From NCBI GenBank assembly GCA_036172245.1, contig JAYWIR010000009.1, positions 3,968,001 to 4,032,000 on the forward strand: 64,000 bases of DNA. Direction: 5' to 3'. Shown here piece after piece: positions 36,194-48,905 of the stretch; positions within the stretch are counted from its first letter, which is position 1; every line of letters starts with the position of its first letter. The notes under the pieces are model-generated. The model ran no database searches and was not told the DNA's origin. It saw nothing but the letters and a program-made list of their open reading frames with translations. A program made the translations under genes and the position numbers. The stretch is from Raillietiella orientalis (lineage: Eukaryota).

Positions 36194-39100
36194 CAATATG
36201 TTGACAAAATGTTCGTACAACAGTGGTTCTGCAATTTAAGATGCCTTTTTTTATTAAGTTCGTAAAATAATTCCTTAACGACAATGATATTTCTTGTATT
36301 ACATGAATGTGAAAATATAAATTTTGATTTATATTAATGCTGTTCAAATTGATTCAAGATTATAATTCTGTGTATGAAGTTTATCTTATGGAGCCAGATT
36401 TCTTGATTAAATTGTATACTTTGCAAATATGTCATGAAAGATATGCAGCCAAAACTTGTTTACATATTGATAAATGCTTGCTTACATATTAATGAAATAT
36501 CATGTTGATGATACAGGAGTAATAAATGTATTATTAACGTATCTCACGTATGTGCATGACTTGTAAACATGATCATGATCAAAGCATGACAATACATTGA
36601 GTGCAAATAAGATTTATCAGTTTGTATTAAGAAGGTGTGTCTTCAACAAATGAAAGTCCTGCAGAGCGTTGTACAACTGATGAAAGTAAGTAACAAGTAA
36701 TCCAACTACTGGTCTGCTAACGGATGTCGTGTGAATGATCACAACCTCTATGAAAATTCAAGACAAGCACTTCTGTTTTGGGTATAAATTGTTTCAATAA
36801 ATAAAATACGCATTGTTTTCCTGTTTAACTCTTTTACTTAACACAAGGACGTTCTTCCTGAAGTGGCAAAAACGATTTTAGGAGCATACAATTCTCAATG
36901 TTTTCAATGCAAATCAAAGAAACGCAAACTTGACTTTTATAAAACTACGTGAAAAAGGGTCCAACACTTCTAAATATTGCACCTTGGTGTGGTCTTCCAA
37001 AAATTTGTAAATCTCAAAACCAGTTCACAGTGCAACCAACAAAGTTTGAAACAAGCTATTTCGTTATTTATTGCGCACGTAAATATGCTTTACATTTTCC
37101 AATATTCTTGAGGATTTCGCACTTTTCATGACTCAAATGCAGTGTACTAAACATTTGGATTCAACTTCCGTTCAGACAAAATACTTTTTACTGGGTGCAC
37201 TTTACCGTCAGAAACGATTTCACCTGCAGACAGACCCACTCCCACCGGTCAGCATACTACAAATGGCACCAAAGGCACACTCCAAGGTAATTTGGGAGTT
37301 TGCGGTGCACCGACCCAACCTCGCTTCTGTAGTTGAGATATCGGAGTTACCAGAATTTCATTCGAGTCCTGCGATTTTCACTACGAAAACGCCGAAAATT
37401 AAAAGCAAAAAACACATAAAAATTTAATGTTCTTGCAGATTTCACAAATTTAGATTTTCGATTTTATGTTTACTTCATTGCATGGAATACGATTGCAGGG
37501 ATGCTTCTCTGAGCTCGTTAGATGATGTACTACCCACATGCAAGAAGTGATCATCATTCGTTCCGAGTGGCTTTTTATAGAAAAAAGTCAGGGTAGTGCA
37601 TTCAACCTGTCAGTTCTCTACCTTATCGGAATATTCACATATGAAATATAAGATGGACAAATAGAACCATCTTGGGTGAACAAATCAGTGTTTATCTAGA
37701 TTGCGACGAGTCAAATCAACTATTTATAAAAACTCAAGAAACGTCATGAGAGCCAGAAAATAATTTCCTTATTAAGACACAATCTGTGTTTGAATGATTA
37801 GCACTTACCGAAGTAACTATTCAGCTGCATTCAAAACTTTTCATTTATTTGGGAATATGCGCATACCAGATAATAACTGAAAGGAGTTCTTCATAAAACT
37901 CTATCGCGCTCTAGAATACGGAGCTAATATTAAAGTCGGGTTTAAAGTTTGAAAAGTACTTTTCCTCAATAGGATACGAGATGTTAACTTGTAAAGAATT
38001 ATCATCAAACAAATAAGTGATTCATAAATCGGATATCTATTCATTTGTCTTTAATTACACTTATCCTGCAGACCCAAAGACATCTTTCAAAATGCATTCA
38101 AAACAACAATCATGCGATATGCAAATACTAACAAATATATAATTCATTTTGATGTACCTAAATCTCATTGGTAGTCAGCTGCTTATCAAGTAAAAAAGAA
38201 CTTTCTTCCTGTATTTCTATGGAAGCTTATGCGAATTACACATTCGAATAACTAACGAGCAGACTTCTGAATTTTCATGAAAGAATAAAACAAAAGTTTA
38301 TCCTTCACTTTTCCAGAAACATTGGCACGTAAACAGATTACTTTTTTAATGTGACTTTCTCCGACGAAAGCAATTAAGAACCATCTGCAGCAAACTGAAA
38401 GTATTCAATAGCTAAGTAATGCTACTTTTTAATGAGTCATGTGAGTTGGTCGTATTCAGGCCTTGAAATGCAGGCAGAAGTTCAAAATGATTTTGCAAAC
38501 ATGTTGTACCACATGCTGATTTCTATGTTACTATGAACTAAAAAAAATAACTAGTTAATCGTTATCATAATACATTGAATGTGAGTCTATTGATGGATTC
38601 TCAGTTTGTGAATATGCGTTGACAAAAGCATTTGACATAATAGTTAAATTCATCAATTAGCAAGGCAGACTTTCATACCATTTTTCTAAGTGTAAGGTAT
38701 ACTTACTGTATGAACAAAATAGGCTGTTTTGCAGTGCATTTTAAATTGTTTCTATCTTTTTTTCTATATAAAGGTTCAATTAAAAATTCTCAAATTCTAC
38801 GATATTTATATTGTGAACATTAGGTGATAAGGTTGTCAACGACGACTGTGTTCAAAGATTGAACTCTGACTTTGTAGTTGCACGTGAAATGAACTCTGAA
38901 AAAATATAGAATTCTGTGTAACAAGTACAATTCCGAACACAGAAGCTATTGAGGTCATACTGAAGTAATTCCCAATTGTATGACGGAAGTTTAATATAGT
39001 GAAGAATTATGCTTTATCTACTCTTCGAATCTTGATTAGAGCTAACATTCACTCAGATACTGAATTCTTAAATTGAATATTTTATCATTCTAAGGAAAAC

Positions 39101-41302
39101 TGAGATAGATACAAAATGTTTTTTATGTGTTCCAAATTGTGCAAGCGAGTAAGATACATGTTATATGGCAATCTAACAAAGATCACACTCTTCCCTAAAA
39201 TGTCATTCATTTCCAATGATCTAAGCACTGAATATATCAAAAACACATTTGATTCAAAAAAATTTAATTAACAAAGTTCCGGAATAATTGTGGGTATGTA
39301 AAAAGAAAAACGAGCAGAGAAAACTGCGTGGATCGCTCATTGATAAACTGGAGAGCATCGCAGTTTTCAAAAGCGACACTGCGAGGCTTCAGGTATCAAA
39401 GCAACTGTATTTATTCCTTTTCAATTGTAGGAAATTTCAAAAAAATATTGAAAGGCCTCATTTATTAAAACTAATGACTGTTCATTGGTTTGTTGAAATC
39501 CTATTTGGCAGTGTAATTCTGTCACCAAAATAGTGACCATCCAGTAATTGGTGTCTGCATCAATTGCTCACTTTTTATTGAACTCATCCCTACTGTACCA
39601 ATTCGAATAAAATTGGACTCTACCTAGGGAAAATAAAACCTTTTTAGATGATTTAAAAAATCGCTTTGTTGAGCTAGATTAGCTGCTTGTAAGCTCTGTC
39701 GCCATTAGAAAGAACTGAACGTTGGGATACTAACAGAAACCCATGGAGTGGAAAAGGTTGGTTTTCTTCGAATACTGATTAAGTTCTTTAGCAAAAGTAG
39801 CAGAACAAATAAAACATAGGATAAGATCAAAGGTTTCAGGCAGTTGAATTATTCGGAAAGTTTCTACTAGTGAGTTTCTCCCAGAATTAACTTTTTGAAA
39901 AAATGTTTCCTCAGGAGAAATTCAGGTATCTCAAGGATGAAAAATGGACCAGGGTTGAAACTAAGTAAATAGATCTAAACCATGATAATTTTAAAACGAC
40001 CTCATTAAAAGTAGTAAGTGGATGCTGCGGATAAGAAGCATCATACAGTACGCTGGTTTCTACTTCAATTTGTTTCCGTATCTTAATGATGTTGAGGAGA
40101 CTCATCATTGATTAATTTTTTCCAAATTCCATACTTTCATTTGTTTTACGTGCACATAGTACTTGCAGTCACCATGCTTGCACCATCAAATCGTTTTAAT
40201 TAGATGAATTACTGAAAGAGTAATAGTTTTTCTGATGGATCTAATATATTTGATTTATTTACGTGTTCTCATTATTTATTTCGCTCTATTTATCGAGAGC
40301 CCAGCGTTGGGACTAGCAGTAAAGGACACACCAAATCATCAACGAATTGTGAAGAACTTCTTGTTGTAAATGAAGATAGACAAACAGCTTCCAAATTATC
40401 AAACTATTTCTCTATGGTATATCGATCCGTCCAAGAATATGTGCTTATAACATCATTTAATGCATTTGAAAGTGAGCTGCCCATTGAGTCGTCGCTAGGT
40501 GGTTAACGTAGTGGTTAATGCTGATGAGACTTTTTGATGTGTGGTGTATTCACGAAGGTGGTTTCTATGGTCGTTTTAATAACTTACTCAAAATAGTATA
40601 TGATGATTTAAATAGTGCAGACCATTTACAAAGAAAAGCAGGAATTATATTCTCAGTTGCTATCCTCTTTAATATTCTTGTTATAGTGTTTGTTTGGAAA
40701 ACATATGGAAGTAAAATATCATCGAAATTTTTAAAACCAGGTACACTTTATGCTCACATTCATTGACGTAGTTAGCTTTTTGCTATGTCCATTAAAAATT
40801 CAGTTTAATAGCTTTTAACAAATAATACCCTCATGTCTTGATATTGGACATTCCAAAGTCCACACTTTATGCAGAATACATCATTACTTTCCATTGTTGA
40901 AATAAGATTGGCAGATTGTGATTAATTATCACTGTTTATACAGTGGGATTCATTTTCATAGTAATTTACGACGGTTTTGGAGACGTCAGGGTAAGGAACG
41001 TGGTTTGTGCAAATTAGTGTAAAATGTGTTCATTAAATTGGTTTAAACGTCAAAGGTTTTGAAACTACAACCATTTCCGTTTAATTCTGCTATTCCATTA
41101 TAATTCTAATATTGAAATACTGTAAAACTTTTTCAATGGAATGGATATGCAGTAGTAGTGTGCTATAAACTAGTTTACTGCAGAAGTATATCATTATGTA
41201 ATTTCATTTCAGCAATACCATCACTTGTCGAGCAGCTTTCCAGGGAAATAGCTTCTCTGAAATTACCTCAGCAATATACTCCACAAATGTGATTTATTTA
41301 AT

Positions 41303-44103
41303 ATGGAAGACAAGATCAAAAAGTTTTTCAAGCAAAAACAACTTAATGCAAAGTTCAAGAGAGCCGGACTGGGTCATAAGTTAACAGAATCTTCGTCAAC
41401 ATCTGTACCAGTTGATACTTTGGGATCATTAAGTTTAACCAGGAGTTCCCCTGAAGTTATTCAAAAAGCTGGTGAAGCTGCACTAAATAGAATCCAAAAA
41501 GAGCAGGACGAACTTTCAAAGCAAAGGTCATTTTCATTGTTTATTAAATTAAATTACTATGTTATATTGTCCATCAACTAACAGAATTATCATCCAAATT
41601 TAGTAAATCTTTCATTTATCTTATAAAAATGGCATTTCCATAGATTAAATTGATAGCTATTGGTGTAGCATTAATTATTGTTGTTGGAATTGTTGCAAAT
41701 TTGAGAAATCATATTTAGGGCAGAGATTGAGATATGTTCAAGTGCATGCTAGTTATTGCTTTGTCTTTTGATTTTGATTGTTCTGTTGTCATGAAAAAGA
41801 GCGAATTTTTAAAAAGATTGATTTGTGTTTTGAGGATGTGATATATACAATATACTGTATTTTAATGGAGATATGCATTCGCATTTTTGCACACCTTTGT
41901 TTATATCTTTCATATGTTAATTTTGAATAGCAAACTCAGAAAGTAGATTGAAATCTTGGTTTACGGTTAATGTTTTGATTGTCATGCTGTTTTTCATATT
42001 CCCTATCTTCGTCTGTAAAAGTATTTAATGGATATTTTTCTTATGGTATCATTAGTTTCATTTCCACATATGTGTTTTAAATAAGTGAAGAGATGAGTAT
42101 ATTTGCTACTAAATATATAATTCGCATTCAGGTAAAAGGCGAATGCCTTCAAAGGATTGCATTCTGAAAAACCTGCAGACATATAAATAAAGTGAGGTTT
42201 ATACACATATAAAGATATTTGCTTTCCAGATCTCTAAAATCCTGGCAGAGAGCTGAGCAAAGGAAGGCAGTGGAACAAGAAAACCAAATTAAGAATGCCA
42301 GTGCAATGAAGTGTGCCTTTTCAGATAGTTTGCAAACAAAAGAAAAGAACTGCGAACTTGCAACATGTGGAGTGTATTTTCATTGCAGTGTGATTGGTAC
42401 AACTTAAAAAAAACAAAAGCTGATTTGTTATTTTTAGTTGTTGATTTTTAAGGTCCATATGTTCTACCCAAAGATGAATTGATGATCAAAATCAAAGAGT
42501 TCTTATATGATCAGTTGGAGAATGATGAATGTGCTGTAAGCTGTCTCATTGTTCGAAGTTGCAATGAACCCATTAAGGTAGAGAGTTTGTTGTTTTCTAA
42601 CATTTTGCCAGAAAAGTTACCCTCAATATTTGAGTCCATGTTTTGTGCTGTATCCTAGTTGCTTGTTGTGTAGTTTTTCAGTTATTTATATTAATCCGAA
42701 AAGTGGAGGATCTGTTAACATGCTTAAATATTACAATGAACTGCACAACCGAACGATTAATATTAAAAATTTATTCTGTGAATGCATGTTAGGACTGTTG
42801 AAACTTTCTTGCCACTTATTCAGTGCACTGCCTTGGTTCCAAATGCTTTAAAAAAACAGCATGAAAGTAGCAATCTAAATGGAAATCATTACAATCCAGT
42901 CATTTTCTGTGTTGTTTGTTGGAATGATTCTGTTCTGCTTTGTTATATCAGTTTAAAATTGTAATATACCACTGAGTGGCACTGTTAAAGGAATCATTCC
43001 CCAAAGATAAAATTGTGTGATTTGTGAAATATAATGTCATTATATAATGTCATTTGTGTTTCGTGTATGCTATTTGCTTGAATTTGAAGGTGCGACATTT
43101 GATTTTTAAATGAAACACTGTTTACCCCACTCAGAGTCTTACTATGAATTACAATGAATTGTAGGTGGAGAAGGCTGTTGATATGCTTTCCACCTATCTC
43201 ACAAATCTTATTGAAAAACCTCAAGAGCAAAAATATTGTCAAATACGCATTGGAAATAAATCCTTTCAAGAAAAGCTAGCACCTTTGGAGGGAATGGAAG
43301 AGTTCTTCTTGGCTGCAGGTTTCAGGAAAGAAATGTTGCAGCATGGTAATCAGGATGAAGAATTTTGGACCTTTCAGAATCCTGAAGAAAAAGAAGAACA
43401 TCTAAAGGTACGGACTTGTTCCTTGCTTGTGTTTACTTTGGTTTCAGTTCATGCTCACAACTTTATTGACCATTGAACCTCTGAGACCAGAGCTGGACAG
43501 GAACTGTAAAGTGTTTTCGACCTCTCATACTACTTCACAGACCATCAATCTGCCTCCAGATTTTTTTTATCTCACTCCTGAAGAATTGAAGCAATATATT
43601 GAGTATAGGTAAATAAAATAAATAACTAGGAAGCAACTAAACTAGGTATTTCTTGTCATGGCAGAGCAGAGATGAAGGACAAAGAACTCATGCTTCGAAC
43701 CAAAAAGATGAGAGAAAGAGATGAGATCCAAGAAATGCGCATTTATAAATACTGTTTGGTGCGAATTCGCTTCCCTGATGATATGCTTCTTCAGGTAGAG
43801 CAAGCTATTTTTCAGGTGTCAGATGCAAAACTAACTGGCTGCTTGCAATAGGGCACCTTTGCTGTTAATGAAGAGTTTTCATCAGTTATCGATTTCATTC
43901 ATAGTTGTATAAGAAAACAGCATCAGAGATTCCACTTGTGTTTATCATCCGGAATTGTATTTACCGAGGCTGATCACAAGAAGTCTTTACTTGAGCTTAA
44001 ATTGGTACCAGCTTCTGTTTTGAATTTCATTGATGATTCCGGTGACCCTAAGGAAAACAGCTACATCTTACCTGACTTGTGCGGAGTCCAGGAGTTGCAG
44101 TAG
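41303..44103 (+). CDS. UBXN6: UBX domain-containing protein 6 (UBXD1), p97/VCP cofactor with VIM, PUB and UBX domains
   Basis: Exons 41303-41526, 42230-42396, 42453-42577, 43165-43407, 43448-43608, 43665-43794, 43852-44103. Motifs IKKFF...KFKRAGLGHKL, VIM-like AGEAALNRI, GVYFHC, PUB segment PQEQKYCQIRIGNKSFQEK, LPPDFFYLTPEEL, MLRTKKMRE, UBX segment VRIRFPD..LLQGTF and LVPASVLNF. Confidence 0.93.
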
Positions 44104-45113
44104 AAATTGAAAAAATTCTTGAGAAAAGAATGATCCAAAGTTTTCACAGTTGCCGCATATTATGGTTTTTCTCGGAAGTCATGTGCATTTCAGTGCAGCT
44201 AGTGTGTTGAGTGTATTTGCATGCTGACATGTGTTAGCCTGCTCTGTTTTTCCTCAAGTCGAGTAATCAAAGAGGATTAATCAAATATTATTCACAGAAA
44301 TTAAATGCCGTTATATTTATGATGTCCAGTGATTGTTACTTTTTCTTCTTTGCATACCAGTTTTTCACGAATATCGTGCGCAGGCTGCTTGTGTTAATAT
44401 AAATGCAGAGCGAATTCACCATTCATGTTTTCTAATAAGTTCGAAGAGTGTGCCTTGCGAGGTAATTCTCGTGCATTACAGTTCTTGTGGACCTAGCAGT
44501 AAGTGGGACTGAAACCGCTAATCGCTTAAGTTTTATCCCTCATCGCGATGGTGCAGTTGCCGTAGGTTTTCCGGTTTTTATCGATTTACATCCGTTTTTT
44601 GTATATCATTCATTAGAAGTAAGAAAGCAAGAAAGTAAGGATGCTCCTATTTACGTTTTAAGCCAACGTTAACTCCAGAATAGACCCAGACGTGGTGTAT
44701 TCTTCCAGAATCATGCGTGTGGTTGCTGCATGTGATCAAGTGCGATTTAGAGTAGTTGGCAGACTCTAGGAAGCTCTGCTGTCTTAATGCAAACTGAAAA
44801 TCGAACCCTTCCACTCGCCCAAACATGGTTCAACAAGGTAGCCGTCATGGTTTGCCGCTCTTCGCGCTCCCTCATGTTTCTGCGGCATCCTTTGTTTCAT
44901 CTGGAAAAGGGTGAACTGAATTTTTCCAAGGACTCAGAAGGACGGAAAATAGCCTCACCAGAAACAATTCTGCAAGTCTCGAATGACTTTGGCCCAAAGA
45001 ATCTCGTGTTTCCTCAAGAATCATATCAGTAATCCTTCTTCATAATAGACAGTGCTTCCGTGTACAAAGATCCAAAGCCATCTCCTGCATCATTACTCAT
45101 CTCAGAATGTCTC

Positions 45114-45240
45114 GGCCAACCAGCGCCATTGCAGGAGAAACTCGGAACCCGACGACGCAGTGGCGTCGGTTTCTGCCGGAGTATTCGAACCCGCGACGCA
45201 CGGTGCCACGCGAGTAAGCCTTAACCACAAAGCACATATC
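45114..45240 (-). mobile_element. tRNA-derived SINE, copy 1 (diverged)
   Basis: Minus strand shows A-box-like GTGGTTAAGGC and B-box-like GGTTCGAATAC (45191-45181), then CGACGCCA-C-TGCGTCG, GGGTTCCGAGT and ATGGCGCTGGTTGGCC. These blocks are colinear with 60631-60750. Confidence 0.6.
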
Positions 45241-48200
45241 ACCTCAGACACTGAAGCGAGCACATATTCGAACAAGGTGATGCACAAGAACTTATTCGGC
45301 ATAGCCAGAGACTCGAAAAGACCGACGTGGTCGTGGTGCTCCGGATTTGGTTGAAGCGGCTTGCACCTCTGGCTGATGTCTAAAGAGTACTTGCAACGGT
45401 GGCTGGACGACCGAACACGTCCTTGCGCTCGGACTAAGCAGTGCGATCTTTTCTTACGTGGTGGTTCCTTGGCACGGCTGGAAGTCAAATCTGTGTGACA
45501 GTTTCTCGCGGCGGTTTTTCCTCCTAGGTCATCGTGTGCAAACGATTTCACTGCATTTCTTCTCAACCTACAGTGAAATTCAACCTACTTCTCAACCTCG
45601 CCTATCCACGAAAGCAATGCCATATAGTCGCAGCTGGCTTCCTATTTTTCTTTATGCTATCGTATTGCTTTAGCAAACACGAAATGCGAAAGCGGCACGT
45701 TCTCATGGTAAGCCAGACAGCTCTCGCTTGTGACAACACGGAAGCTTCCTTCAGCTCGACGCTTCCTCTTCGAAGCAGAGTCCCTGGGATGCTCCCACGA
45801 ATAGACTTCATCAGGTCTGTGCGTTTCTCTGCCGGAATGACCCACGAAACTGCCATTTTGAGACCATTTAAGCCCCCTACCCGCATCACCCGCTCTCGTT
45901 GGAGCAAGCAGGCTCGAGAATGGGAACCCTGCTGGCGAACAGCAATCCGCTGTCGAGCAGAATTGGTTGCAAAACTCCGGGGGGGCCTAAGGACACGTGA
46001 AGACACCTTTTCCATGCAAACGTAAATGTGTTACGTGCTGTCAAAAATTAGGTCCTCCAAGGTCCTTCACGCGACGGGGCAGTGATCCTTTGCCATGAAT
46101 TCAGAACCTGTCCGGTTCCAGGGAAGTGGCAGGATGGAGCCGCGTCTTGGGACAAAAGGGACATCTTCCAGGGTTCTGGAACCCTGGAAGAACCGGAATT
46201 CCCGCCGGGTGAGTCCTGGGAATCTGGAAGCAAGTGCGAGATGCCAGGGAATTCCTGCCATTGGTCCGAAAGCGGCCACCTATCCGAAGTCCGTCCTGCT
46301 TGATTGCCGGAGGGGTGCGGAAGGGGGGGGGGGACAGGAACTTTGTCCTGAGGTCGTGGTGCCCATCGCTTCGTCGCGCGGCCACCGCTATCACGTGGAG
46401 GCGAAAGGTCGCCCATCTGCTAGTAGTAGTCGAGGGACTTTTCGCCAACCGTTTCTAAACAGGGGGGAGAGGAGTCGAATCTCCTCCAAACGTCGCGTGG
46501 AACCCCAAATAAACCGACCGTGCAACGCCACGCGAAGCTGAGGAGGTGAGGCTGAGAAGAGGGGGCTGACCACAGCATCGCTGGTTTTCCAAGCGGCCAC
46601 CCGAGAGCTGCTTTCGGAACTCCTCCTGCCACAGAGTCCGGAATGCTTTTTCTTTATCGTCTTAGATTTCCAGGACGCTTCGGAGTACCTCAGATCAGTG
46701 AGGCTCGCTATCGGCAAGAGTCCGGGAAGGGAAGGCAATCCTTGGAAGTCCTCTCTGGAGACCCTCGGAGAATCATCCAGAACTCTCTAGAAGCTGCGCT
46801 CCCACTTGCAGTCGCGTCGTCACTCTCCCTTCCTCGTTTTCCCCTTTTCGTCGGAACCTGTCCTCCGTCTGGGCATTTCCCGCCGTCCTGTTTTTGGACG
46901 ATTTTCTGTGTGGATCAGGAGCGCACAGCCTGGGTGGTAGGGAGGAGAGTCTCGGGGAATCGAATCCTGACGATGGCACCTGCTCCCCCCCTCTTCTAAA
47001 AGCTGAGGGTCCCCTTCCGCTGGTTCCATCCCCGAGCTTCCGCGCGAATGCGCATGCTCGGATGACACGAACCTGTGACCGTGTCCCGGGGCTGGCTCTC
47101 CCTGAACGCCTGGGAGTCCAGGACGGCTTCGCGGCCTGTGCATCAGTTCATTCCTTTGGAGTAAAGGAGAAAGGGAGCAAGAAGAGGAAAGGAGGAGGAG
47201 GAGGAAGGGAGGAGGATCGCTGGTTGTGAGCGACGGAGTCCTTCCTCGAGCACGCGTGCACGCGCCTTCGGAGATGGGTCCCTTCGAAGGAGTGGCCACG
47301 CTCGACACTCTCGAGACCCGAGGCTGGCTCCATGAGTCGCGCGGTTGTGAGCAACGCATCCCAGGAATGCGGATCTTCCTGTATGTGAGGTCACGGTTTG
47401 CCTCTGAGCTGCTGCTCTCCGCGTGCTCAGTCGGTTCGAGACCCGAGCGTGCGAATGACGCGTGTGAGCGCCGCGACGTGTCAGAAGCTGCCGATCCATC
47501 CCCCTCCCTCCCTCCTTCCACTCCCCGGATCCCACTTTCTCCTTCTGCCGTTCGGGGAGGAGCGAGCTGCTGGGTCGCCTTCCACGTGGACGTTTGCGGG
47601 CGCTCACTTGATGCGATGGCGCCGCAGGGCCGCCCAGGTCGGATCCGATATCGCTTTGCTTGCAGGGCGCGCGCGCGCGCCTCTTGCGCTCGTTCTTCGC
47701 ACGCGGGGAGAATCCCGGGGTGTGTGATGCCTGCCGCGGGAAAGTAGGGAGGGTGGGTTCCTCGCCATGGAAGCTCCTCCCGAGTTGGGCTAGAGGAGAA
47801 GGTGTGCTTCCGTGGGAACAGCTGCAGCTACGTGGTCCGGACGAACGCCGCGTCGCTGCCACGGCTGCCGTTCGTTCCTCGGACCCGCGAGGAGGCGCCG
47901 CTGTCGGTGGCGGCGACCCGCCGTCCGTCCGACTTCCAGGCGCGACATGGCTCAAGGAGTCGGAATTTTTCCCACCCGTCCCTCGCGGTGCGGATGCTGG
48001 GCGGCGGCCCGCATTTCGGACTCGCACACGCGCGCCCCATCATCAAGCTTCTCTGCCTCTCCCGTGCCGTTGGTTCATTCCGCAGCATCTTCTCCGGCCG
48101 GCGGCCTTCCCGCTTTCCCCTCCGACGGAGTCGTCGCCGTTCGCGTTTCGAGCTCTTTGTGGTTCCCGCTGCTTCTTCTCCTTGGCCGCCGAGCTGACCA

Positions 48201-48479
48201 CTTGCTGCCGGTGCCCTCACCGTTCAGGTCACAGCTCGCCGCGACACTCGTTCCCTCCCGGAGATTCTCCGTGACCTTCCCAGCGTCAACCATCATCGAG
48301 ACGAAAGAGAGCGCAAGGCGGGCCAGTCACAGGAGGAAAAAGAGGACGGCTCTTCTCTCCCGCCTCACATAATTTCCGGCTTAGCGTTTTTTTCCTTCCT
48401 TTCTTTCCTCTCTTTGTTTCTTTTTCTTTTTTTTTCCACTTCTTTTCTTTTGATTTTTTTGCTTTACTCCGCGCTTGGC

Positions 48480-48905
48480 GTGCGGATGCGCCTGCGCAGG
48501 ACGGTTGGCGCGACCTCGGCATTCGCATTCTTCGAAAGTCGCGCTGGGCGCGTGCGCGCTCAAAATGGTGGCCTTTTTGCGCCGATGCTCGCCGCGCCGC
48601 CAGGGAGACGCTGCCGCGCGCTCCATTTCCGACAGTCTTTTTCCCTCCAGCTCCCCACTCTTCCCCCCCCCCCCTTTTTTGTCTCCCTTCTTTCTTTCTT
48701 TTTCCCCTCTTCTTGAGTATTTTTATTTACCGAATTCCTGGGGAGAGACTGTCCCCAACGGGGGCGCACCCTTTTACCCGTTCCATCAGAACGCGAGGCT
48801 GGGACTCTTCCATTAGCCATTTGGGATGTGTTTGTCCCCTCGTCACCCTGTTAATCCATTTCCGACGCGACGCTGCTGGCTCGTAAAAGGGGGCGGGCGG
48901 CGCGG
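48480..48905. promoter_or_regulatory. Candidate CpG-island-type promoter/enhancer core
   Basis: NRF1/Ewg-like TGCGCCTGCGCA (48487-48498) and GCGCGTGCGC (48548-48557); YY1/Pho-like CAAAATGGTGGC (48561-48572); GC box GGGGGCGGGCGG (48889-48900). Long pyrimidine tracts lie next to and within it. Confidence 0.3.

Noticed and set aside
40350..40440. NEDRQTASKLSNYFSMVY reading similar to a LINE pre-RT motif
   Set aside because: Too short and isolated to support an element call.
45175..45240. Functional tRNA gene
   Set aside because: A/B-box-like motifs are present but I could not form a cloverleaf. Similarity to 60.6 kb extends beyond the tRNA-like part, which fits a SINE.
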